From Candidatus Buchananbacteria bacterium RIFCSPHIGHO2_02_FULL_56_16 (GTDB lineage Bacteria; Patescibacteriota; Patescibacteriia; Buchananbacterales; UBA6539): a stretch of DNA of 49,330 bases. The first letter of the stretch is position 1. Every line of letters starts with the position of its first letter. The notes under the pieces were generated by a model. It did no database searches. It saw only the letters and a list, made by a program, of their open reading frames with translations, and was not told the origin of the DNA. The position numbers and the translations under genes were made by a program. The stretch lies in assembly GCA_001817495.1 (NCBI GenBank), contig MHIL01000026.1, positions 18,657-67,986 on the forward strand. The letters run 5' to 3'. Below, one piece after another: positions 40,198 to 49,288 of this stretch.

Positions 40198-40224
40198 TTG
40201 TCTCCATCTGCTATACTAACGTTG

Positions 40225-40394
40225 TATGCCCGGTAGTGATCCCTCACCTTATTGGATGAGACCAGAAGAAAATACTACTGGGCAGACTCTTTAATGATAA
40301 ATTACTAAATCACGTCGTTACGCGAACGACGTGATAAACTCCCTTCACCTCGCTGTTTAATGTTAAACCAGGTGAGGGACTACTACCGGGTATG
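40225..40394 (+). repeat. Start-codon-abutting structured element (SCE), copy D
   Basis: Ends identical to copy C. Extended -10 TGcTATACT (40209-40217) ends 8 nt before the first ATG. The last ATG is the start of ORF 40392. Confidence 0.8.
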
Positions 40395-40679
40395 CTCAGA
40401 ATCGACCAACCTGAATCAATGCGGGCCCTGTTGGGCAAGCGATCAACCGTCAAGCCGCCGGCTTACGATTGGCAGGACCTGGCGCTGCGGATCATTGATG
40501 AGCTTGGTATTCCGCCAAAAAAGCGCAACGCGGTGTTTCGGGTCTGCAAGCAGCATCCCAAGCGAGTGATTGAGAAAGCATTGAACGATACCAAGGAGCT
40601 GGTCAAGGTGGGGGAGCGCTGGCGGTACTTTTTCAAGGTTATTGAGAACAAAGAGCGGCCGCTTGAAACAAAAAAATGA
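40392..40679 (+). CDS. Hypothetical protein (95 aa)
   Basis: ORF begins at the terminal ATG of SCE copy D. No family recognised. Confidence 0.5.
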   Translation: MLRIDQPESMRALLGKRSTVKPPAYDWQDLALRIIDELGIPPKKRNAVFRVCKQHPKRVIEKALNDTKELVKVGERWRYFFKVIENKERPLETKK

Positions 40680-40684
40680 GGGTA

Positions 40685-40706
40685 GGCGAGAGCCTCTGCT
40701 CTCGCC
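40685..40706. repeat. GGCGAGAG-cctctg-CTCTCGCC hairpin (second copy of the 16167-16188 motif)
   Basis: AGGGTAGGCGAGAGCCTCTGCTCTCGCCGG versus AGGGTAGCCGAGAGCCTCTGCTCTCGGCGG, with a compensatory G/C swap. Confidence 0.55.
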
Positions 40707-40717
40707 GGTTGACACGA

Positions 40718-40768
40718 GAACCCTGAAGGCGAGGATATATATCCTCGCCTTCAGGGTTCAATTTTCTT
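40718..40768. terminator. Perfect 21-bp palindrome between convergent genes
   Basis: GAACCCTGAAGGCGAGGATAT/ATATCCTCGCCTTCAGGGTTC followed by caATTTTCTT on the + strand. Confidence 0.65.
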
Positions 40769-40792
40769 GCTCGCTTGACTTGACGAAGCTCG

Positions 40793-41590
40793 CTAGCTGA
40801 ACTTGAAGTTGGCGACCAGGTAGCCGACGCCGAACGGCCGCTCATAGGATAACGCCTCGACGCTCACGTTTACCGCCTCGAGGATACCGAGCAGCATCGC
40901 GATCGGCCGCAAGCCGCACTCGCCGGCTTCTTCGGCCAACGCTCGATCGAACTTGAGAATGGCGGCAACGTCATTTTTTTTAACCAGCGAAACAAGCTTC
41001 TTGTCAAACTCGCTTCCGCGCTTGGAGTAGCCGCCCGGCGCGTCCTGGGTCAGCCGGTGAGACAAATCAGCCGAGGCAACAACCGCGAAGCGTTTATCAA
41101 TGCTCGACAGCTGGCGGTGGAGAAACTTGCCGAACGCGAAGTGCTGCTCGAGGCTCGACGCGGCCGAGGTAACCGGAATGATCGGCAGCTGATTCTGGTG
41201 GCTGGTGAGGTAGTGGAGCGGTACGCCGAAGCCGTGGTCAATCTCGGTCGTGCTCGAGAGCACCAGCGGCACGCCGCGCTGGCCCTCGTCGGCGGCGCGG
41301 ATCTGCTGGATCGAGCGATAGTCGCTGCGGAACTTCAGCTCAAGGCCGAAGTCGCCGAACTCCTGAAAATGAACGGTGTAGTCAGCGGCGAGGTTGATGG
41401 TAAAATCGTCGGCCATGACTTTACCGTGCGGCGAAATAATCAACAGGCTCTCCGGCTTGCTGGCGTAGAGCTCTCGTTCCAGTTTTTCCATCGCCGACTT
41501 GGTCTTGACTAACTTCGACACGTTTTCCTTGCCGATTTCCGGAATCAAGACCGGCGGGTGGGGAGTAATGGCGGCGAAGACGAGGGGCAT
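40793..41590 (-). CDS. LigB-family (class III extradiol dioxygenase-like / AmmeMemoRadiSam B-like) protein
   Basis: MPLVFAAITPHPPVLIPEIG.. N-terminus and ..EIDHGFGVPLHYL.. motif. Confidence 0.65.
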   Translation of the reverse strand: MPLVFAAITPHPPVLIPEIGKENVSKLVKTKSAMEKLERELYASKPESLLIISPHGKVMADDFTINLAADYTVHFQEFGDFGLELKFRSDYRSIQQIRAADEGQRGVPLVLSSTTEIDHGFGVPLHYLTSHQNQLPIIPVTSAASSLEQHFAFGKFLHRQLSSIDKRFAVVASADLSHRLTQDAPGGYSKRGSEFDKKLVSLVKKNDVAAILKFDRALAEEAGECGLRPIAMLLGILEAVNVSVEALSYERPFGVGYLVANFKFS

Positions 41591-41675
41591 ACGTCTGCGT
41601 CGATACGTTTCAGTATGTATTAGAAACTTATCTGGACTTACTCACGTATCTGGGCTGTGTTCTCGCTTCTTACCT

Positions 41676-43013
41676 CTATTCCACGTTTTCTCCAAGTTCA
41701 TGGATGTTCACCGCATGGGCCGCAGTTACAATCACATTATCCCACCGGTAGCCAAGCTTGTCAAAAATTTCTTCGTTGGGAATCCAGCGGCGTTCGCCGT
41801 CGGCGATGACGTACACTTTGCTGTCGGAATCAGCCTTGATCAGCTCGCCATCACGAAACTTCATCGGCTCGCCGAGCCAGTACTGCTGCAGCTGCTCGGG
41901 CGCTACCCGGCTGATGACCTTAGTGGGGAAATTCGCTTTCATAATCTCTGGCGAGTAGAGCGGGTAGCGGATACCGTTGTCAACGTAGTAGACGCCGGTG
42001 GTAACGCGGTCCTGCAAGAGCGCACCGGTCGGGTAGGCGCTCGACGAGGTAATCTCTGATCCGAACTGGTAGCCGGCGAGGTCGGCGTCCGCTACCTCGC
42101 TGACCTCGTCCCAGTTAAAGCCGATCAAACGGAATACCTCCATCGAGGTGATGTGCCGCAGCTCATCGTCAACCAAAAGGTAGACCGATCCGTCCGGCGT
42201 GCGCAAGAGCGAGTAGTTGTGGAACCGAATCGGCGGACCGACCTCCCACTTCTCAAGGTCGGTTTTGTTGACGGTAATAATTTTTTTCGGATCGAACCGC
42301 GACAGCAGCACGCCGTAGGACGTAATCGGCCGGCGCAACCCGTACTGAATGAGCCACACCCCTGAGTCGCCGTCGGCTTTCAAGAGCGAGCCGTCCGGGT
42401 GGTTCTTGCCCCAGTACTTGACCCAGAGCCGCCAGAACCGTTCATTGCCCGAGTAGTGCGGCGTGTAGTTGTACAGCCCGGCGGTCGCTTGGTTGACGGG
42501 CGTAACCGTTGATTCATCGAGATCGGCAGTTTTGCCGGCTTGGTAGGTCCACTGGGTCGGATTATCCAAGTACTGCCGAAACTGCCAGGCGGCGCCGTCA
42601 ACCTGTTTGCCGAAACCCAGCCCGTTGGGGTGGCAGCTGCCGCTATCCGGGCAGCGGTAGCCCATCGCCTTGTCGAGCTGATTCTGCGAGGGCCAGATGC
42701 TCTCGATTAAGCTCTGCTCTTTCTGGAGCGTGGTCAGCAGCACTTTCGGGTTGATCCTGCTCTCCTGGCTCGCCTGCCAGATGATCTCCGACGCCAGTTT
42801 CGTCGTGCCCTGGTAGTCGGGCAAGGTACGCAGCGACAGGCCACTGGTTTTCTCCATCAAAAACCGCTGAACCTCCGAGAGCGTCATCGCGTCATAGTCT
42901 TCCATTTCCTCGTCGCTGATGATGAGGTGGGGGTTGAAGTAGTAGTCGGCGAGCACGGGATAGGGTAGCAGCGACAGAAGGCAGATTGAGCAAATGGTAG
43001 TCAGGCGCAGCAT
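41676..43013 (-). CDS. Secreted protein (445 aa), unknown function
   Basis: Signal-peptide-like N-terminus MLRLTTICSICLLSLLPYPVLA. No family recognised. Confidence 0.6.
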   Translation of the reverse strand: MLRLTTICSICLLSLLPYPVLADYYFNPHLIISDEEMEDYDAMTLSEVQRFLMEKTSGLSLRTLPDYQGTTKLASEIIWQASQESRINPKVLLTTLQKEQSLIESIWPSQNQLDKAMGYRCPDSGSCHPNGLGFGKQVDGAAWQFRQYLDNPTQWTYQAGKTADLDESTVTPVNQATAGLYNYTPHYSGNERFWRLWVKYWGKNHPDGSLLKADGDSGVWLIQYGLRRPITSYGVLLSRFDPKKIITVNKTDLEKWEVGPPIRFHNYSLLRTPDGSVYLLVDDELRHITSMEVFRLIGFNWDEVSEVADADLAGYQFGSEITSSSAYPTGALLQDRVTTGVYYVDNGIRYPLYSPEIMKANFPTKVISRVAPEQLQQYWLGEPMKFRDGELIKADSDSKVYVIADGERRWIPNEEIFDKLGYRWDNVIVTAAHAVNIHELGENVE

Positions 43014-43024
43014 ATAATTCTAGC

Positions 43025-43053
43025 TTGATTATAGCATTTTTTACTGGTATAAT
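43025..43053 (+). promoter_or_regulatory. Promoter (TTGATT-17-TATAAT), -10 ends 6 nt before ATG 43060. Overlaps a divergent TGcTATAAT on the minus strand (43028-43036)
   Basis: Hexamers at 43025-43030 and 43048-43053. Confidence 0.6.
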
Positions 43054-43059
43054 CAAAAC

Positions 43060-43626
43060 ATGAAACAGCGGGCTTTTATCGCGATTAACCTGCCAAAAAC
43101 CGCTAAACAGGCCCTCGCCACGTTCATTGCCAATGTTAAAACACACAACCCTGATCCGGCGCTTCGGTACGTTAAGCCCGACGGCCTGCATCTAACGCTC
43201 CACTTCCTCGGCGACCTCGAACCGGCGCAGCTTGGGACGGTGAACACGCTACTACAAAAGGCAGCGGCTGACAGCCCGCCAGTCGGGCTTGAGCTGACCA
43301 ACATCGGCGGTTTCCCCAGCCTGGAGCAGCCGCGGGTGGTGGTGATCAACGCCCGGCAAACCAACGGCAGTAGCCTCATAGACTTCCAACAAACAATCGG
43401 CGCGGAGCTCGAACGAATCAACATCGCAACCGATGCCCGTCCATGGACGCCGCACCTGACGCTGGCCCGCGTCAACGGCCGCTGCCGCTTCCAGACCCAG
43501 GGTCTGACGGTGCCGCCGCTGCGGATTGCCGTGACGAGCATTGAGCTGATGGAAAGCCGGCTGCTTCCATCTGGTACAGAATATAACGTTATCAGCGCCT
43601 TTAACTTGACGGGGGATGAAACTTGA
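43060..43626 (+). CDS. thpR: RNA 2',3'-cyclic phosphodiesterase (2'-5' RNA ligase, LigT/ThpR)
   Basis: Two HxT motifs (HLTLHFLG and HLTLARV). 188 aa. Confidence 0.85.
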   Translation: MKQRAFIAINLPKTAKQALATFIANVKTHNPDPALRYVKPDGLHLTLHFLGDLEPAQLGTVNTLLQKAAADSPPVGLELTNIGGFPSLEQPRVVVINARQTNGSSLIDFQQTIGAELERINIATDARPWTPHLTLARVNGRCRFQTQGLTVPPLRIAVTSIELMESRLLPSGTEYNVISAFNLTGDET

Positions 43627-43911
43627 AACATGAAACATGGCTGAAACCTATCATGAAAAATTGAAAGCGAAGAGGGTACGCACGGGGAAAAAATAAAGTT
43701 CACAAAAATTTTCTTAAAATTTCCTACGGTTCTCTCAAAGAATCAAAATACCTTTTGCATTTTTTTTGGTTGAAAGCTACCTCTCAAAAGCAGACTACCA
43801 GAAAACCATAGCACTGACGGAGGATATTGGTGCGATGCTGCGGGGCATCATTCGAAAACCAGAGTAAAAACTTGAAGCTAAGTACCTCTGCGCAACGTTT
43901 CACGTTTCAAG
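43618..43911. repeat. Long-range GAAAC/GTTTC periodic complementarity across the thpR-to-next-gene spacer
   Basis: CTTGAAACATGAAACAT (43622-43638) versus ACGTTTCACGTTTCAAG (43895-43911). Two A.C mismatches on the + strand. Confidence 0.3.
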
Positions 43912-43928
43912 ACAGCTTTAGCTATTCT

Positions 43929-44675
43929 ATGGATAAAGTCGAAATTCTGGGCGTCGCCATTGACAACGTTTCCTACCAGGAAGCGGTTGAGCGAATCCGC
44001 ACCTTTCTCCGCTCTCCCCACCAGCACTACGTAGTCACGCCCAATCCGGAATTTTTGGTCACCGCCCAGATCGATGCACCGTTCCGGCAAATTTTGAACT
44101 ATGCTGATCTCACCGTCGCGGACGGCGTCGGGCTGATCCACGCCGCGCGGTGGCTCGGCAAACAGTTGCAGCGCACCACCGGCGTTGACTTGTTCTGGAA
44201 CCTGTGTGAGCTCGCCCAGCGTGAGGTGTTGCCCATTTTTCTTCTGGGTGGCGGCGAGGGTGTCGCGACGGCGACGGCGGCGGTGCTCACAAAATATTTT
44301 CCCAAGCTCATCGTCAGTGGTACCGAGAGCGGGGGAGCGGTCAGCGCTGAAGGAAACTCCACCGACGATGGTCAGCTCATCTTTACGATCAACCAAGCCA
44401 AGCCGATGCTGCTCTTCGTCGCCTTTGGCTGCCCCAAGCAGGAGAAGTGGATCTTCCGCCACCTCGACCAGCTGCCGTCGGTGAAAGTCGCGATGGGCGT
44501 GGGCGGCAGCTTTGATTTCATCTCCGGCCATGTGACCCGCGCGCCGGAAGTTCTGCGCAGCCTCGGACTCGAGTGGCTGTACCGGTTGATTAAGGAACCC
44601 TGGCGCTGGAAGCGGATCTACACGGCGGTCGTCATCTTTCCCTTTTTAGTTCTGAGACAGAAATTAAAAATGTAA
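43929..44675 (+). CDS. WecB/TagA/CpsF-family glycosyltransferase
   Basis: MDKVEILGVAIDNVSYQEAVERI...V.TPNPEF......AD...ADG.G... Start at ATG 43929. Confidence 0.8.
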   Translation: MDKVEILGVAIDNVSYQEAVERIRTFLRSPHQHYVVTPNPEFLVTAQIDAPFRQILNYADLTVADGVGLIHAARWLGKQLQRTTGVDLFWNLCELAQREVLPIFLLGGGEGVATATAAVLTKYFPKLIVSGTESGGAVSAEGNSTDDGQLIFTINQAKPMLLFVAFGCPKQEKWIFRHLDQLPSVKVAMGVGGSFDFISGHVTRAPEVLRSLGLEWLYRLIKEPWRWKRIYTAVVIFPFLVLRQKLKM

Positions 44676-44804
44676 AAAGTTAGTAAACAACAAGTTAGCA
44701 AGTTGGCAAGCTAACAAGCGTACGTGCTCACTTGCCAACTGGTCTCGCTTGCTCACATATCCTGACTTGAGTTTTAATTTCTACACTTTACATTCCATCC
44801 TACC
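44676..44804. repeat. AAGTTAGC-type periodic hairpin (family F5) spanning stop to start
   Basis: AGTTGGCAAG (44717-44726) pairs with CTTGCCAACT (44740-44749). Flanking units AAGTTAGC/AAGCTAAC versus GCTTGCTCAC. Confidence 0.5.
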
Positions 44805-46244
44805 ATGCCTAAGAAAATCGTCACCCGCTTCTCGCCCAGCCCGACCGGTTTTTTACACGTCGGGGGCTTGCGGACCGCGCTCTACAACTACCTCTTTGCC
44901 CAACGGAACAAGGGGCAGTTTTTGCTGCGGATTGAAGACACCGACCAAAGCCGCCGGGTGGAGGGCGCGGTTGAAAACATTATTGAAACGCTCGAGGCAT
45001 TTGGTCTTAAGCCCGACAACAAAAAGCCAGTGGTCCAGTCCGAGCGGCTGAAAACCTACCGACAATACGCCGAACAGCTCATCAAAGACGGCCAGGCCTA
45101 CTACTGCTTCTGCACGCCCCAGCGGCTCGAGCAGCTACGCCAGGGCCAGCAGACAAAAAAGCTGCCGCCGAGGTACGACGGCCGCTGCCGTGATTACTCG
45201 AGCGATGAGGTGGAAAAAAATCTGGCGACTAATCAACCGCGTGTCATCCGCTTTAAGACGCCAAAGACTGGGCAGACTACTTTTGCTGACGCTGTCCGAG
45301 GGGCGGTGAGCTTTGACCATCAAACCCTCGATGATCAAATCATTTTAAAATCTGACGGCTACCCGACCTACCACCTCGCCTCGGTGATTGACGACCACGA
45401 GATGGACATCAGCCACGTCATCCGCGGCGAGGAATGGCTGCCCTCCACGCCCAAGCACCTCCTGCTCTACGCGGCATTCGGCTGGCCGCCGCCGCAGTAC
45501 GCCCACCTGCCGCTGCTGCTAAATCCCGACCGGTCAAAACTCTCCAAGCGCCAGGGCGACGTAGCGGTCGAAGACTACCTGAAGAAAGGCTACCTGCCCG
45601 AGGCGCTGCTCAACTTCATCCTGCTGTTGGGCTGGAACCCGGGCACCGAGCAAGAAATCTTCAGCCTGAAGGAGATGGTGCAGGTATTCAAGCTCGAGCA
45701 GGTCAACAAAGCCGGCGCGGTGTTTGATACTAAAAAGCTCGACTGGCTGAACGGCCACTACATCCGGCAAAAATCCCCGGCCGAGCTCACGAGCCTGTGC
45801 CAGCCTTACTTTACTGCAGCGGGCATTACCGCTGACAAAAAGTTTCTCGAAAAAGTGGTCGCCACCGAGCAGCAACGAATCAGGACGCTCGCCGAAATCG
45901 TCGAGGCGACGCGTTTCTTCTTCGAACAACCGAAGTATGAAGCCGAGCTGCTAATCTGGAAACGGATGACCGGCCGCGAGGCAATGGCCAACCTGAAGCG
46001 CCTGGCTGACGAGCTCCAAACGATTGAAGAAAAAAAATGGACCGCCGATTACCTTGAGCAACATATCCAAGCCTTTATTCAGGCCAGCGGCGCCAGGGTA
46101 GGGGAGATGCTCTGGCCAATGCGCGCCGCGCTTTCCGGCCGCCCGGCGTCGCCCGGCCCGTTTGAGATCGCCGGCGTTTTAGGCAAAAAAGAAACGCTGA
46201 AACGAATTGAGCACGCGATGCAGTTGCTCGATGGCCATAACTAA
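44805..46244 (+). CDS. gltX: Glutamate--tRNA ligase
   Basis: [25 protein letters not shown] (HIGH region) and KLSKRQG (KMSKS). Confidence 0.95.
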   Translation: MPKKIVTRFSPSPTGFLHVGGLRTALYNYLFAQRNKGQFLLRIEDTDQSRRVEGAVENIIETLEAFGLKPDNKKPVVQSERLKTYRQYAEQLIKDGQAYYCFCTPQRLEQLRQGQQTKKLPPRYDGRCRDYSSDEVEKNLATNQPRVIRFKTPKTGQTTFADAVRGAVSFDHQTLDDQIILKSDGYPTYHLASVIDDHEMDISHVIRGEEWLPSTPKHLLLYAAFGWPPPQYAHLPLLLNPDRSKLSKRQGDVAVEDYLKKGYLPEALLNFILLLGWNPGTEQEIFSLKEMVQVFKLEQVNKAGAVFDTKKLDWLNGHYIRQKSPAELTSLCQPYFTAAGITADKKFLEKVVATEQQRIRTLAEIVEATRFFFEQPKYEAELLIWKRMTGREAMANLKRLADELQTIEEKKWTADYLEQHIQAFIQASGARVGEMLWPMRAALSGRPASPGPFEIAGVLGKKETLKRIEHAMQLLDGHN

Positions 46245-46378
46245 ACCGTCAAGTGCCTGAACGCATCAGGCATTCTAGCCAACTATACACCCGAGATTGA
46301 ACGATGTCTGCCGACAATTGATACTGGAGCGTTCCAGCACAGACAAAACTGATCATTAGTTTCAGATCGCATCAAAAC

Positions 46379-46413
46379 GGGTGGAGCTGTTCAAAGCTCT
46401 ACCCATTTTTTTT
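46379..46413 (+). terminator. Intrinsic terminator
   Basis: GGGTGGAGCT-gttcaa-AGCTCTACCC followed by ATTTTTTTT. Confidence 0.75.
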
Positions 46414-46443
46414 GTTTGAGCTATTGCTCTCTAACCAAAAATA

Positions 46444-46452
46444 TGCTATATT
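46444..46452 (+). promoter_or_regulatory. Extended -10 (TGcTATATT) ending 6 nt before ATG 46459
   Basis: TATATT at 46447-46452. Confidence 0.5.
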
Positions 46453-46458
46453 GGCAGC

Positions 46459-47721
46459 ATGAGAACGTTTCTAAACAAAAATAAGATAGTGCTGCGAGTG
46501 AGTTTTATCGCGCTGACATTGGTTAGCCTGATCGGGGCTAGCTTTTTTGTTATCCCAAGCAAGCCAGCGGCAGCTGAGGACGACATCAGCGGGCTGAACA
46601 ACCAAGTTGAAGACCGGCGGCGGGAAATTGACGATCTGCAGAAAGAAATTGATGCGTATAAACAAAAAATTGCCGCTAAACAGAAAGAAACCCGCAGCCT
46701 GCGCAATCAGCTCGCCATTATCGAAAATGAGGTCGCGAAGCTCGGGCTCGACATCCAGGCTACCGAGAAAAAAATCCAGCAGACCAACCTGGAAATTCAG
46801 GCGCTCAACATCCGCATCAAGCGGCAGGAGGAACGGATCGCCGAACAGAAGGGCTGGATCAGTGAGTACATCCGGCTGATCTACCAGCAGGATCAGGTGA
46901 GCTACCTCGAGGTGATGCTGCTCAACGATTCTTTCTCCCAATTCTTTGACTACTTCGAGCAAACCGAAAAAATCCACAGCGACCTCAACGATGCGCTGGG
47001 CGAGCTGAAAAACAGCCGGCAAGAACTCGAGAACCGGCAGGCCGAGCTGGAGACACAAAAAGCCACCGAAGAAGAACTCAAGACCCAGCTCACCAAACAG
47101 CGGGACGAGCTCGATGAAAAGAGCACGGCCCAGAGCGTCGTGTTGGTTCAGACCAAACTCAGTGAACAGCAGTACCAAAACTACGTCAACCAGCTCCAGC
47201 TTGAGCAGCAGCAGATTAACGCGGAAATCTTCACCCTGGAAAAAAAGATTCGAACTGAGCTTGAGAGCCGGGAAAAAGCCCAGCGGTTCAGAGATTTTGG
47301 GCCAGCCAGACTGGCCTGGCCGGTTGACCCAAGCCGCGGTATCTCCGCCTACTTCCACGACCCCGACTACCCCTTCCGCTACATCTTTGAGCACCCGGCG
47401 ATTGACGTCCGCGTGCCTCAGGGCACGGCGATTGCCGCGCCGGAAGCCGGCTACGTCGGCAAGGTGAAGTTCGCCGGCGACAAGAGCTACGCCTACATCA
47501 TGCTGATTCATACCGACGGCATCTCAACGGTCTACGGCCACGTCTCCGGCGTGAGCGTCAACGAAGATGAGTTCGTCACCAAGGGCCAGGTCATCGGTAA
47601 AACCGGCGGCCTGCCCGGCAGCGTCGGCAGTGGCAACCTCTCGACCGGCGCTCACCTCCACTTCGAGGTGCGCTTAAACGGCATTCCGGTTAACCCGCTC
47701 GAGTACCTGCCGGCGCTCTAA
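46459..47721 (+). CDS. M23 family metallopeptidase with N-terminal coiled coil (EnvC-like)
   Basis: Long coiled coil, then ..HPAIDV..G..I.AP.AG.V...........I.H.DGISTVYGH......V..G..V..G..IG..G......G.HLHFEV. Confidence 0.9.
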   Translation: MRTFLNKNKIVLRVSFIALTLVSLIGASFFVIPSKPAAAEDDISGLNNQVEDRRREIDDLQKEIDAYKQKIAAKQKETRSLRNQLAIIENEVAKLGLDIQATEKKIQQTNLEIQALNIRIKRQEERIAEQKGWISEYIRLIYQQDQVSYLEVMLLNDSFSQFFDYFEQTEKIHSDLNDALGELKNSRQELENRQAELETQKATEEELKTQLTKQRDELDEKSTAQSVVLVQTKLSEQQYQNYVNQLQLEQQQINAEIFTLEKKIRTELESREKAQRFRDFGPARLAWPVDPSRGISAYFHDPDYPFRYIFEHPAIDVRVPQGTAIAAPEAGYVGKVKFAGDKSYAYIMLIHTDGISTVYGHVSGVSVNEDEFVTKGQVIGKTGGLPGSVGSGNLSTGAHLHFEVRLNGIPVNPLEYLPAL

Positions 47722-47780
47722 CTCATTTTTACGCTACCGAAGGCTGGAAATAAAGAAATAGTAAGGAATTTAAAAAGGGA

Positions 47781-47810
47781 AAGGGCTCATGGAAAAACAT
47801 GAGCCCTTTT
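47781..47810. terminator. Bidirectional intrinsic terminator
   Basis: AAGGGCTCATG-gaaaaa-CATGAGCCCTT with T runs on both strands. Confidence 0.7.
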
Positions 47811-47813
47811 GCG

Positions 47814-47975
47814 CTAGTGAGGGAGGTTGGTGGAAGCCTGATCAACCGACACATTCAAGATGTGTAGGACCTTGACGGTCAGAACGATCAGTGCTTCGGC
47901 AACCTCGGGGAGAAATAACTTCAGCACCAGAATGGCCAGTGCTAATGAGAGCGCTCCCGAAAATGCCCTGAACAT
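47814..47975 (-). CDS. 53-aa hydrophobic ORF (MFRAFSGALSLALAILVLKLFLPEVAEAL..)
   Basis: Hand-translated. Ends 4 nt before the terminator. No SD, so support is weak. Confidence 0.3.
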   Translation of the reverse strand: MFRAFSGALSLALAILVLKLFLPEVAEALIVLTVKVLHILNVSVDQASTNLPH

Positions 47976-48209
47976 ATGTCGAGCATTAATGTTTAGCAGG
48001 AGGCTATGCCATCAGGTGACCACCCCGATGGTGTGAAGTTTTTCTCCACGGTTGCCTCACTGTAGCTGGCGGCGAAAAGCTTACACCAGGTACCGTGAGG
48101 CACGCGAATTTTTATCAATGTTCAGGCTGAAATTCAGCCGGGTTTGGATGGTACCACAGAGATGGATACGCTGTCAAGCGGTGCATTTTACGCCGTACCG
48201 TCACCCGTG

Positions 48210-49181
48210 CTACTCGTCCGGCAAGGGATGAAAATCGTGGTGGGTTTTTTCGGCGTAGCGATCAGACGCATGGACGTAGCGCGTGGTCGTGTCCAGCGAC
48301 TCGTGGCCGAGGAGGATCTGGATGGCGGCCGGATTGGCACCGGACTCAGCCAAGTAAGTGGCAAAGCCGTGGCGAAGGCTGTGGGCGCTGGTCGGGACGT
48401 TAATCTTGAGCTTCTCGCGGTAGCGCTTAATCCGCTCCTGCAAGTAGTTCGTTGAAATACGGCGGCGGTACGTCGCCCGGTCCGACGCGTTCAGGCCGCG
48501 GTAGGGAATGAACAGCGCGGTTAAATTATCGTCCCGCAGCGCCAAATACGCGTTTAAATACGTATACGCCCGGGGGGTGAGGTACACGAACCGCTCTTTT
48601 TTGCCCTTACCGCGAATAAAGATCCGCCCCGTGCCGTCAATCTGGTTGCGATTCAGGTTAATCAGCTCGGAAATACGCATGCCGGTTGAAAAAAGCATCT
48701 CGAGCATGGCCCGATTGCGCGCCATAACCAGCTTGTTCGATTCAAACGTCGAGGGCGCTTCGATTAACCGGATTAAATCGTTAAGCTCGGCGACCTGCGG
48801 ATGTTTTCGCTCGGTCTTAACCAGCTTCACCGCCTCCGGCGCGATCGGACAAGGCAGATCCATCTCAATCAAATATTTTAAAAACGAACGCAGGGACGAC
48901 AAGAAACGATTCATTGACCGGCTCTCAAGTTTCTTTTTGCCCCGTTCTTTTTTTTCGGCCGTCTTGCGGTCGATTGAGGTGAGATAGGCTTTGTACTGAT
49001 TGATGACCTGCTTATTGACCCCGGCGAACGGCGTGTCCAGCTCAGCCAGAAATGACTCAAAAACCTTCAGGTCCCGCTCATAATTGTACACGGTTCTGTC
49101 TGAGTAGTTATTGGTCTGTAGGTTCAGTAAAAAGTCGTCGAAGTGGGGGAGTACGGCTGAAGGTTTTTTTTGATTTACCAT
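48210..49181 (-). CDS. xerC: Tyrosine recombinase, XerC/XerD type
   Basis: N-terminal SAM-like domain. Catalytic ..ARNRAMLEMLFSTGMRISEL.. and ..HSLRHGFATYLAESGANPAAIQILLGHESLDTTTRYVH. Confidence 0.85.
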   Translation of the reverse strand: MVNQKKPSAVLPHFDDFLLNLQTNNYSDRTVYNYERDLKVFESFLAELDTPFAGVNKQVINQYKAYLTSIDRKTAEKKERGKKKLESRSMNRFLSSLRSFLKYLIEMDLPCPIAPEAVKLVKTERKHPQVAELNDLIRLIEAPSTFESNKLVMARNRAMLEMLFSTGMRISELINLNRNQIDGTGRIFIRGKGKKERFVYLTPRAYTYLNAYLALRDDNLTALFIPYRGLNASDRATYRRRISTNYLQERIKRYREKLKINVPTSAHSLRHGFATYLAESGANPAAIQILLGHESLDTTTRYVHASDRYAEKTHHDFHPLPDE

Positions 49182-49191
49182 AACGAGAGGC

Positions 49192-49220
49192 TTGACAAAT
49201 TGGTAATTTTGCGCTAGACT
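49192..49220 (+). promoter_or_regulatory. Sigma70-like promoter (TTGACA-17-TAGACT)
   Basis: Hexamers at 49192-49197 and 49215-49220. Confidence 0.55.
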
Positions 49221-49288
49221 TTCAAAATACCAAGAGGTTTTGTGCTATTTCAGCAATCAGATTACGATAGAAAGGATAGAGAAACCCA

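Noticed and set aside
39935-40219. The 94-aa track ORF as the real product of the third paralog.
   Set aside because: It reads through the intrinsic terminator and into the next promoter. Its C-terminal half is not membrane-like, whereas the -1 frame restores the paralog architecture.
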